From Thermodesulfobacteriota bacterium (GTDB taxonomy: Bacteria; Desulfobacterota; Desulfobacteria; Desulfobacterales; C00003060), in contig JAXHVD010000012.1 in the NCBI GenBank assembly GCA_034189385.1, positions 32,001 through 96,000 on the forward strand: a stretch of DNA of 64,000 nucleotides. Reading direction: 5' to 3'. The notes beneath the pieces were generated by a model. The model was not told the origin of the DNA. It saw only the letters and a program-made list of their open reading frames with translations, and searched no databases. Made by a program: the position numbers and the translations under genes. Positions 27,652-36,193 of this stretch are shown here, one piece after another. Within the stretch, counting starts at the first letter, position 1. Each line of letters starts with the position of its first letter.

Positions 27652-30294
27652 TTAAGAACTACTCGATATCCCAAAGCCCTGTGGCGCCGAAGGTGGCACA
27701 GTGTCAGGCGACACCGTGATGGTCACGTCTTCAGAGTCACTCTGCACGGGCGTGCCATCGTCTGTCACCGTAAAGGTCACTACAAAGTCGCCTGCAACGC
27801 CATATTCCGGCGTCCAGGTAAAGGTCTGCGTGGCCTCGTCAAAGCTGGCCCCTGTGGGAACATTGTCCGCAGAATAGGTCAGACCATCGTTATCAGGATC
27901 GCTTCCTGTCACCGTGAAGGTCAGCGCCTGGCCTTCGTCTATGCTCCTTGCGCCTATGGTGGTGAGCACAGGAGGACGGTTCACGTTGCCTACCGTGATC
28001 GTCACATCTTCAGAATCACTCTGAATGGGCGTGCCACTATCGGTGACCGTAAAGGTTACAATGTAATTGCCCCCATCTCCGTAATCAGGCGTCCACGTAA
28101 AGGTCTGCGTCATCTCGTCAAAGCTCGCACCCGTGGGCACATTACCCGCACTGTAGGTCAGAGCGTCATTGTCTGGATCGCTTCCTGTCACCGTAAACGT
28201 AAGCTCCTGGCCCTCGTCTACGCTCTTAGCTCCTATAGCATTTAGCACAGGAGGACGATTCACGTCACCCACTGTGATCGTCACATCTTCAGAATCGCTC
28301 TGAATGGGCGTGCCACTATCGGTTACCGTAAAGGTTACAATGTAATTGCCCCCATCTCCGTAATCAGGCGTCCACGTAAAGGTCTGCGTCATCTCGTCAA
28401 AGCTCGCACCCGTGGGCACATTACCCGCACTGTAGGTCAGAGCGTCATTGTCTGGATCGCTTCCTGTCACCGTAAACGTAAGCTCCTGGCCCTCGTCTAC
28501 GCTCTTAGCTCCTATAGCATTTAGCACAGGAGGACGGTTCACGTCACCCACTGTGATCGTCACATCTTCAGAATCGCTCTGAACGGGCGTGCCGCTATCG
28601 GTTACCGTAAAGGTTACAATGTAATTGCCCGCATCTCCGTAATCAGGCGTCCACGTAAAGGTCTGCGTCACCTCGTCAAAGCTCGCACCTGTGGGCACAT
28701 TACCCGCACTGTAGGCCAGAGCGTCATTGTCTGGATCGCTTCCTGTCACCGTAAACGTAAGCTCCTGGCCCTCGTCTACGCTCTTAGCTCCTATAGCATT
28801 TAGCACAGGAGGACGGTTCACGTCACCCACTGTGATCGTCACATCTTCAGAATCGCTCTGAACGGGCGTGCCGCTATCGGTTACCGTAAAGGTTACAATG
28901 TAATTGCCCGCATCTCCGTAATCAGGCGTCCATGTAAAGGTCTGCGTCATCTCGTCAAAGCTCGCACCTGTGGGCACATTACCCGCACTGTAGGCCAGAG
29001 CGTCATTGTCTGGATCGCTTCCTGTCACCGTGAATGTCAGCGCCTGGCCCTCGTCTACGCTCTTAGCTCCTATAGCATTTAGCACAGGAGGACGATTCAC
29101 GTTGCCTACCGTGATCGTCACATCTTCAGAATCACTCTGAATCGGCGTGCCACTATCGGTTACCGTAAAGGTTACAATGTAATTGCCCGCATCTCCGTAA
29201 TCAGGCGTCCACGTAAAGGTCTGCGTAGTCTCGTTAAAGCTGGAACCTGTGGGCACATTACCCGCACTGTAGGCCAGAGCGTCATTGTCTGGATCGCTCG
29301 CTGTCACCGCGAATGTCAGCTCTTGGCCCTCGTCTACGCTTTTTGCGCCAATAGTGACTAGTACGGGCGGCCGATTTACATTACTTACGGTGATGGTCAC
29401 CTCTTCAGAATCAGTCTTCACTGGCGACCCGTCGTCCGTCACTGTAAAGGTCACCGTGTGATCTCCTGAGGCATTATAATCGGGCGTCCATGTAAACGTC
29501 CGCGTGGCTCCATCAAAGCTCCCACCGGAAGGAACATTCTCCGCAGCATAGGTCAGAGCGTCATTGTCTGGATCGCTTCCCGCGATAGTGAACTGAAGCA
29601 GCTGGCCTTCATCGACGCCCTTGGCGCCAATCGCGTCGAGCACGGGCGACCGGTTTACATTACTTATGGTAATCAATACATCTTCTGAGTCGTTCTTGAC
29701 AGGGGTGCCGTTGTCAGTGACCGTAAAGGTAACCGTGTAATTACCCGAAGCGGCATAGTCAGGCGTCCACGTGAAGGTCTGGGTGACCCCATCAAAGCTG
29801 GCCCCTGTGGGCACGTTGCCTGCGGTGTAGGTCAGATCATCATTATCAGGATCACTTGCCGATATAGTAAACTGAAGGGTCTGGCCTTCCTGCCCGCTTT
29901 TTGAACCTATGGTGTCAAGGACCGGCGGACGGTTAGGTATGAACATTTCTTCTACTGAATCGTCACTTTCGTTTCCTGCCAGATCAAAGGCCTTGGCCAC
30001 AAAGTAGTGCGTGACCGTGTCATCCAGATCTTCTATGGTGCAAGTCGTCTCAGTCCCTTCCCAGGCAGGGGTGCTGTAATTGAAGCTTTGCCCTTCTTCT
30101 CGATGATAGACCCTGTAACCTGCAAGATCCTCTTCGCCATTAGGATTCCAGGCAAGCGTCACGTTAACGACGGCATGGGCAGTCTGGGGAAAAAGAAAGA
30201 CCAATAAGGCCAACATCACTACGGCTGGGGACCTGAAAAAGGACCGACGACAAGTAAAGATTTCAGACAGATGTGACATGGTGGGTCGAACCAT
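27652..30294 (-). CDS. Secreted FN3 + 8 tandem Ig/cadherin-like (He_PIG-type) repeat protein, probable adhesin or fibre subunit
   Basis: Signal peptide ending AHA; FN3-like VTLAW..DLAGYRVY..YFVAKAFD..GNES; eight 93-aa NRPPVL...FTWTP...VTFTVTD units; C-terminal DTVPPSAPQGF. Confidence 0.9.
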   Translation of the reverse strand: MVRPTMSHLSEIFTCRRSFFRSPAVVMLALLVFLFPQTAHAVVNVTLAWNPNGEEDLAGYRVYHREEGQSFNYSTPAWEGTETTCTIEDLDDTVTHYFVAKAFDLAGNESDDSVEEMFIPNRPPVLDTIGSKSGQEGQTLQFTISASDPDNDDLTYTAGNVPTGASFDGVTQTFTWTPDYAASGNYTVTFTVTDNGTPVKNDSEDVLITISNVNRSPVLDAIGAKGVDEGQLLQFTIAGSDPDNDALTYAAENVPSGGSFDGATRTFTWTPDYNASGDHTVTFTVTDDGSPVKTDSEEVTITVSNVNRPPVLVTIGAKSVDEGQELTFAVTASDPDNDALAYSAGNVPTGSSFNETTQTFTWTPDYGDAGNYIVTFTVTDSGTPIQSDSEDVTITVGNVNRPPVLNAIGAKSVDEGQALTFTVTGSDPDNDALAYSAGNVPTGASFDEMTQTFTWTPDYGDAGNYIVTFTVTDSGTPVQSDSEDVTITVGDVNRPPVLNAIGAKSVDEGQELTFTVTGSDPDNDALAYSAGNVPTGASFDEVTQTFTWTPDYGDAGNYIVTFTVTDSGTPVQSDSEDVTITVGDVNRPPVLNAIGAKSVDEGQELTFTVTGSDPDNDALTYSAGNVPTGASFDEMTQTFTWTPDYGDGGNYIVTFTVTDSGTPIQSDSEDVTITVGDVNRPPVLNAIGAKSVDEGQELTFTVTGSDPDNDALTYSAGNVPTGASFDEMTQTFTWTPDYGDGGNYIVTFTVTDSGTPIQSDSEDVTITVGNVNRPPVLTTIGARSIDEGQALTFTVTGSDPDNDGLTYSADNVPTGASFDEATQTFTWTPEYGVAGDFVVTFTVTDDGTPVQSDSEDVTITVSPDTVPPSAPQGFGISSSS
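27706..29934 (-). repeat. Intragenic tandem repeat, 8 x 279 bp
   Basis: GCACAGGAGGACG recurs at 27966, 28245, 28524, 28803 and 29082 (279-bp period); central units nearly identical at DNA level. Confidence 0.97.
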
Positions 30295-30502
30295 TGCTGC
30301 ACCCCCTGCTTTTCTTCAACCACCCAAAGTTGGTCTCCCGGAGGCGCCGCATGAGCCCAGAAGATCCCCGGCCCGTCCATACCTCTACACAGAGGTGCCG
30401 GGTGTTGGCTCCGCCCCCTTCGACGTGAAGGTTTTATCCCAGTTCGAAGCAAATATGATTTTACTAGTTTTACAAAAAAGCAAGCAGCCAATTTGACCGG
30501 CA

Positions 30503-30518
30503 AGCAAAATTTGCGCCA
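30503..30518 (-). promoter_or_regulatory. Sigma54 (-24/-12) promoter for the repeat-protein gene
   Basis: Minus strand TGGCGCAAATTTTGCT, exact GG-N10-GC. Confidence 0.75.
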
Positions 30519-30904
30519 AGCGAGGAGTAAATAGAGGAAGGTTTTAGCAATCTAATGGCAGCAAGATAAGTGTGTTATAGCCCCAAAAAGATTCCTCGGC
30601 ACTGTACCGTTTCACAGCAGAATGGAGATTTGATTGGAAACCACGACTGTCAAAAGGGGGTTTGACGTTACAAAACTGTAATTACCGTTTCAGTAATCCA
30701 GAAAAGCCGTACACAGGTGAATTCATCGTGTGTCGAGCCCGAACTCGAAAAAGCAATCCGTCTCCGATTTCCGAAGGCTTTTGTATCTTGCCATCTTGAA
30801 ATCCCTCCCGTCCTTGATTAACACGAGTATGGCTAACACGAGCTAAAAAAATCAGTGAAGCATTTTTCTGGTAACATAGGGCGCTGTTACATTGCCCTGT
30901 AAGC

Positions 30905-30920
30905 TGGCAAGAATTTTGCA
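30905..30920 (+). promoter_or_regulatory. Sigma54 promoter facing the PilZ gene
   Basis: TGGCAAGAATTTTGCA, exact GG-N10-GC; GTAACA-N8-TGTTAC palindrome just upstream (30871-30890). Confidence 0.65.
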
Positions 30921-31073
30921 GAACCCATCCTCACTTGGTTCGGCGAGCCTTTTGGCCCGTCTTCCGCGTTGTTTGCCGAATCGTGCGATACGTAGTGCCT
31001 CTGTTCGAGCCGTCCTGCGCGATCTTGCGCTGATCCTCGCCCCGAAGCAGCTTCAAGCACTACGCTTTGCCTA

Positions 31074-31200
31074 CTGCTGTGAGCTCCTCACAGCAGCCGG
31101 ATGGACACCTCAGGAACCTCACAACGAAGCTCCCCGCGGAAAGTCGCGGGGTACCTGACAAAGACATTTGAATTTCAACGCAGCAAGCTGGCGGGTATTA
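31074..31200. repeat. Cluster of GC-rich REP-like hairpins
   Basis: CTGCTGTGAG-CTC-CTCACAGCAG (31074-31096), CCCCGCGG-AAAG-TCGCGGGG (31132-31151) and a related copy CGCAGCAAGCTGGCGGG (31179-31195). Confidence 0.55.
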
Positions 31201-31288
31201 GGTCCTAAGACAAAATGAGAGCTCGAAGGCCTTATGCGAAGGTTTCCGGTCATCATGATTAACACGATTTGTAACAGGGTTTTATGCC

Positions 31289-31774
31289 ATGACAAATTCC
31301 GTCCGTCTATGCACCGAAGCATCTTGTGTCAGGGTCCGCCTAAAAGAGCTCGTCGCGGGCATTTCCCTCATCATTGACAAAGCGTCTGAAGACGAGCACC
31401 GAAAGCTGTTGGGCTTTCTGCAAAGGCCCGGCCTTGTGAGCATGCTGGAAGCTTGGCAAAAAAGGGAACGAAGAAAAGCATCTAGAAAACCCTGCTCTGA
31501 CGCCATAACCTGCACCGCAAAGGACGGCGCATTCAAGGGCTTTATCAAAAACATAAGCAACGGCGGTGTCTTTATTGAAACGCCCAGAACCTTCTCTATT
31601 GGTCAGCAGCTTTCGCTAATCTTCTCCCCTACCAGCCAGAAAGGTTCTTCATCCGTCGATCAGGAGGGACCGATCAAGATTACCGGGAAAATTCTCTGGC
31701 GCGTCCCAAGAGGAATCGGCGTAAGATTTGAGACTGCAAGCGACGACTTAGAAGAAATACTGAGATCCCTGTAG
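31289..31774 (+). CDS. PilZ domain protein (c-di-GMP receptor)
   Basis: RxxxR (RKASR) and NxSxxG (NISNGG) motifs followed by a beta-barrel ending GIGVRF. Confidence 0.9.
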   Translation: MTNSVRLCTEASCVRVRLKELVAGISLIIDKASEDEHRKLLGFLQRPGLVSMLEAWQKRERRKASRKPCSDAITCTAKDGAFKGFIKNISNGGVFIETPRTFSIGQQLSLIFSPTSQKGSSSVDQEGPIKITGKILWRVPRGIGVRFETASDDLEEILRSL

Positions 31775-31933
31775 TCTGGTCTACAAGGATTATGGAACCG
31801 GATCAATTGAGGGGAGTCGCTACATTGCAGCCATTACGTTTCAGGGAACCAAGACAATCATATCAGTAGGACTTAACTTATGAGGGGCAGTCACTGTGGG
31901 GCGTCCCTGCCCAGGGGATAGCTCATGAGGTGA

Positions 31934-32404
31934 CTATTCCAGTGTCAGGTCTTCCTCTGTTAAGTCTATCGTTTTCCCTTGCGCATGACGATCATGGCTG
32001 CCCACATAGTCCTTAACTTGAACCAACAAATCATGAAAAACATCACCGTAATCCCTGGCATATCTGACTTGCCCTTTTCTTAGGAGCGCCAGAAGGTCCT
32101 GAGCATATTCCTTGGAACGGCCATAGAAAACTTGGTGACGCGTAATTCCGTACTCGTTATCCAACTTGAAAAGCTCATTTTGGTGGGAGTCTTTTTCTTC
32201 CCGGTCCGATCTCAGAAGCGCCTCTTTGTGATGATTCATTTTTCGTCTCAGCTGAAGAAGTCTGATGACACCCCTCTCCATTTCCGCTTCTCGCGCCCTT
32301 TCACCCATGAACGTCGCCCCCAATTCTTGTTGGCAGATAAGTAAACCCCTCGCGTCATCAATCACAGCCTTGATGGTTACTTTATCATACTTGGGTCTGT
32401 TCAA
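31934..32404 (-). CDS. Hypothetical helical protein
   Basis: 156-aa ORF, charged and helical, co-directional with the upstream ORF; start uncertain. Confidence 0.6.
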   Translation of the reverse strand: MNRPKYDKVTIKAVIDDARGLLICQQELGATFMGERAREAEMERGVIRLLQLRRKMNHHKEALLRSDREEKDSHQNELFKLDNEYGITRHQVFYGRSKEYAQDLLALLRKGQVRYARDYGDVFHDLLVQVKDYVGSHDRHAQGKTIDLTEEDLTLE

Positions 32405-32471
32405 ACCGTCAGACCTCGGCCCCTGACTGACCTCTCATCAAGTCCGGACTACATGTAGCCGCACAGGCAGG

Positions 32472-32813
32472 CTACTCCTTGTCGATTTGTTCCTTCATCA
32501 TCTGCAAGAGCTTATCGAAGGCCATTCGATCATAGTCCCTCAGAAGAAGCAGCGCAAGACCGAAACATGGGCGTTCAACCTCCCGAATCGATTCCGCCCC
32601 CTTCACTATACTCGCAATGGTGCACATGAAGGTCTTAACAGCCTTAAGTACTTCGTCAGTGAACTTGATCGACGCGATTTCAGCCGCAAACTCTGCACCG
32701 GTCCATTGGCGCTCCTTTCTGCACTTTTTCGTGGCTTTCAATTTTTCCTGTGCCAGCAGCTTGTCGGCCCGACGCTTCAACAGGTCGATTGGCTCTTTGT
32801 TATTGTCTGTCAT
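32472..32813 (-). CDS. Hypothetical protein
   Basis: 113-aa ORF with AGGAG RBS; no recognisable motif. Confidence 0.65.
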   Translation of the reverse strand: MTDNNKEPIDLLKRRADKLLAQEKLKATKKCRKERQWTGAEFAAEIASIKFTDEVLKAVKTFMCTIASIVKGAESIREVERPCFGLALLLLRDYDRMAFDKLLQMMKEQIDKE

Positions 32814-32953
32814 GGTCTCGCTCTCCTGATGACTTCGGTCTCCAATGTCTTCCTGCTATAACCCATGTTCCGTAAAAGGAGCCCAAGACAATCGCCTTTT
32901 CACCCAGACTCTCTTGGGATAGGCAGAAAGAGAGACAAAAGGTAAAGTGAGAT

Positions 32954-34669
32954 CTACTCGCAAACACCGCAGGCCTTGCAGAGATCTGTTTGGCAGGGAG
33001 GGGAAGTCTCTGCACGAAGGGCCTTCTGGTATTCCTCAATCAGATATGCTTTCCGAATCCCGTGGTCGATGAAATCCCATGGAAGGATTTCATCAAAGGG
33101 CCTTTTCCTGTGCACATAGAAATCCGGATTGACGATAGACTCCTTCAGGGTCCGGGCCCAGTTACCATCATTTCTGTGCACACCTTCCAACAATTCTGCT
33201 ACTCGCCGATCCCCGCGAGAAAGCAAGGCTTGAATGTAAGCCCACTTTGGCAGGTCGGCGTGGACTTCCACGTTGGCCACGCGCCTTAATCCGTTTTTCA
33301 CATGCTTGATCTTTACCTTTAAAACCTTCACGTCCTCCATGGGAACCCACTGAAAAGGTGTGAAGGGTTTGGGAACAAAAGAGCTGAGGCTCACGATAAT
33401 CTGGCCAATCCTTGCCTTCTTTCGGCTTATTTTCAAAAACCTGTGTTTGATCTTCTTGCACAGACTCACGATCCCTTCAACATCGGCCATTGTCTCTTCG
33501 GGAAGACCTACCATGAAGTAGAGTTTAAGGTTAGGTATACCAGCGCGCACTATCAGCTCAGTGGCTCTGAGGATATCTTCTTCGTTCACTCCCTTGTTGA
33601 TCATGCGGCGCATCTGCTCTGAGCCCCCATCTGGGGCAATGGTAGCTGTCTTTACTCCAGCTCCTTTAAGACTCTTCAGTAATTCTGGTGTGAGAAGCTC
33701 CGCCCTCAGAGAGCTAAATGAAAGTTGAAGATCAAGATCTGTGGCCCTACTACACAAGTCTTCTAGGCACGGAACATCTGAAACGGCACTAGCCATCAGT
33801 CCAGCTCGTCTTGCACCTGATGCTGCCCGGTCCAGAGAACTCTCTAGCTGGGTTGCTGTCCTGAATCGTGGCGGTCGATATACAAATCCTGCTGCGCAGA
33901 ATCTGCATCCATGTGGACACCCGCGTGCTGCCTCTATTAAATACATATCGTTAAAGGTTGTGTGCGGGGTAAGAATGGCGCTGCAGGCATTACAGGTAGA
34001 CAAGTCCTTGGCCTTCGAAGGCCTAATTTTCACCGAGAAGTTATCCTTTGGTCGGAACGCCGCAATGGTCCCATCTGGCTCATAGTCCACGTCATAGAAA
34101 CCAGGCACATACGTTCCAGAGACTTGTTGGGAAAGGGACTCCAGGAGGATCTCTCTTTGTGAACACTCCCTGTAAACACGAAAAAAATGCGGCAGGATTT
34201 CTTCTGCCTCTCCTATGAGAAAGCAGTCCACAAAAAGAGCTATAGGTTCAGGATTAAGGAGGGTTGTGACCCCCCCTGCGATAATCAGGGGGTGGGGGGT
34301 ACGTCGCTCTGAAGACCGCAGGGGGATACCAGCTCCTGCCAGGACGGTGAGGAGGTTGGCGTAATCATTTTCAAAGGAAATGGAAAAAGCAATGATGTCA
34401 AAATCAGTCAAATACCTTCCGGACTCTACGGATCTGAGATGTCCCCGGCCTTTTCCTTTCTCTTCAGGAAGGAACGCCCGTTCACACACGACATCATCAA
34501 ATCCGTTTATGAGTCTATAAACTGTCTGAAGACCAAGGTTCGACATCCCAAGGTAATAGGTGTTGGGATATGCCACCACCACAGAAATTTTGCCCCGCCA
34601 GTCCTTTCTGATAGTCCCCGTCTCTGCGCCCAGCAATTCTCTGCGGGTTCTTTGTGCCTTGCGTGACAT
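32954..34669 (-). CDS. B12-binding-like radical SAM protein (TIGR03960-like)
   Basis: YPNTYYLGMSNLG, CERAFLP, RGCPHGCRFC, KLYFMVGLPEET, FVPKPFTPFQW, LPWDFIDHG, C-terminal CxxxxCxxCGVC. Confidence 0.9.
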   Translation of the reverse strand: MSRKAQRTRRELLGAETGTIRKDWRGKISVVVAYPNTYYLGMSNLGLQTVYRLINGFDDVVCERAFLPEEKGKGRGHLRSVESGRYLTDFDIIAFSISFENDYANLLTVLAGAGIPLRSSERRTPHPLIIAGGVTTLLNPEPIALFVDCFLIGEAEEILPHFFRVYRECSQREILLESLSQQVSGTYVPGFYDVDYEPDGTIAAFRPKDNFSVKIRPSKAKDLSTCNACSAILTPHTTFNDMYLIEAARGCPHGCRFCAAGFVYRPPRFRTATQLESSLDRAASGARRAGLMASAVSDVPCLEDLCSRATDLDLQLSFSSLRAELLTPELLKSLKGAGVKTATIAPDGGSEQMRRMINKGVNEEDILRATELIVRAGIPNLKLYFMVGLPEETMADVEGIVSLCKKIKHRFLKISRKKARIGQIIVSLSSFVPKPFTPFQWVPMEDVKVLKVKIKHVKNGLRRVANVEVHADLPKWAYIQALLSRGDRRVAELLEGVHRNDGNWARTLKESIVNPDFYVHRKRPFDEILPWDFIDHGIRKAYLIEEYQKALRAETSPPCQTDLCKACGVCE

Positions 34670-34993
34670 AGGGATACACCATTTGGGATTTGAAAGCGCT
34701 TCTTCGTCTCCCAACGACGATTCACCGTTACACGGTTATGGCCCGTCCCCATCCATAACCGGCTTGTGCACTAATAGGCACTGGCGCGAGTTCGCAATAC
34801 AGTCCGCCATAAGCGGATTCGCAAGGCAAAGCAAATTCAAGGGATGGACCAGTGCGCCGACACTCTTGGCAGATCGCACAAGTGATGCCTCAGACTTGTC
34901 AGCCCCAGGCTGATTGACCCCAGAGAAATAGGCTTCCCATTCTGCCGGGTAGGCGCTGAGACTGCAGCAGACCTTCTCTGGACGAAAACCGGC

Positions 34994-36163
34994 TCAATCT
35001 GCTTTTCTTCTCATGAAGGTCGGCACTTCCAGGTCATAGCGATCCAGGGCCATCCCGCCGTACCCTATGTGTGGCGTCCGACTTGCTTCACCGATCAATT
35101 TTTCCTCTCGGAGAAACGTCGGTGTGTCTAGATCTTCATGCTTCTTTAAGTCGGCTTCTGAAATGTCGTAGAGCTTCCCTGAAAACGGCGTTTTTTTCCA
35201 GTCCCCTTCAGGCTCAATACCGGTAGCAATGACCGTGACCCTGAGTTCATCACCTACGGAGTCATCCAACACGGCACCCCAAATAATCTCTGCACTGTCT
35301 CCCGCTTCGTTATGGATAAGATCTGATGCCTCTGTCATTTCCGCCATGGTGAGATCCGTCCCGCTGGTAAGGTTCATCAGCACCCCTCGCGCTCCGGCAA
35401 CGGAGATGTCCTCTAACAGCGGATGTGATATGGCCCTTTCAGCTGCCTCCAGTGCCCGGTTTTCTCCGCTGGCGATTCCAGTTCCCATGAGGGCCATACC
35501 TGCCTTGCACATGGTGGTCCTCACGTCAGCGAAGTCAAGGTTCACGAGGCCAGGCATCATGATGAGGTCTGTAATCCCCTTCACAGAGTGAAGGAGCACC
35601 TCGTCTGCCTTCCTAAACATGTTAAGCATGGTGTCGTTTCTAGATGCCAACCCCCGAAGTCTGTCGTTAGGAATGGTGATAACCGTGTCCACCACATCCT
35701 TAAGGGCCTTAAGACCTTCTTCCGCCTGCTTCATCCGCTTCTTGCCTTCAAAACCAAATGGCTTGGTCACCACTGCCACTGTGAGGGCCCCTAACTCCTT
35801 GCTAATTTCTGCAATGACAGGGGAAGCGCCCGTGCCAGTGCCGCCGCCCAACCCGGCAGTAATAAAAACCATGTGGCTGTCCTCCACCACGTTGCGGATT
35901 GCCTCCACGCTCTCCGTGGCAGCCTGACGGCCCACTTCAGGATTTGCCCCGGCACCAAGGCCTTCAGTCAATTTCTCCCCCATCTGGATCTTCACAGGTG
36001 CCTTTGACACCTCAAGAGACTGGACGTCCGTATTGGCGCTGATGAATTTAACCCCCTGGAGTTTTGACTCAATCATGTTGTTAACAGCATTGCCACCGGC
36101 ACCACCTACCCCAATGACTTTGATCTTGGCTGATTTCTCACTTTCGACAAAACTAAACATCAT
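34994..36163 (-). CDS. ftsZ: Cell division GTPase FtsZ
   Basis: IKVIGVGGAGGNAVN, GGGTGTG, NLDFADV, C-terminal LEVPTFMRR. Confidence 0.99.
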   Translation of the reverse strand: MMFSFVESEKSAKIKVIGVGGAGGNAVNNMIESKLQGVKFISANTDVQSLEVSKAPVKIQMGEKLTEGLGAGANPEVGRQAATESVEAIRNVVEDSHMVFITAGLGGGTGTGASPVIAEISKELGALTVAVVTKPFGFEGKKRMKQAEEGLKALKDVVDTVITIPNDRLRGLASRNDTMLNMFRKADEVLLHSVKGITDLIMMPGLVNLDFADVRTTMCKAGMALMGTGIASGENRALEAAERAISHPLLEDISVAGARGVLMNLTSGTDLTMAEMTEASDLIHNEAGDSAEIIWGAVLDDSVGDELRVTVIATGIEPEGDWKKTPFSGKLYDISEADLKKHEDLDTPTFLREEKLIGEASRTPHIGYGGMALDRYDLEVPTFMRRKAD

Positions 36164-36193
36164 TGTCCCCACCTCCTGTGTCTTTTTGTCCCC

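Noticed and set aside
27571..28245. 224-aa plus-strand ORF over the repeat gene
   Set aside because: Antisense shadow of the Ig-repeat CDS.
27706..29934. Long regular repeat array as a possible CRISPR
   Set aside because: Period is 279 bp, in frame within a protein, with no unique spacers and no cas genes.
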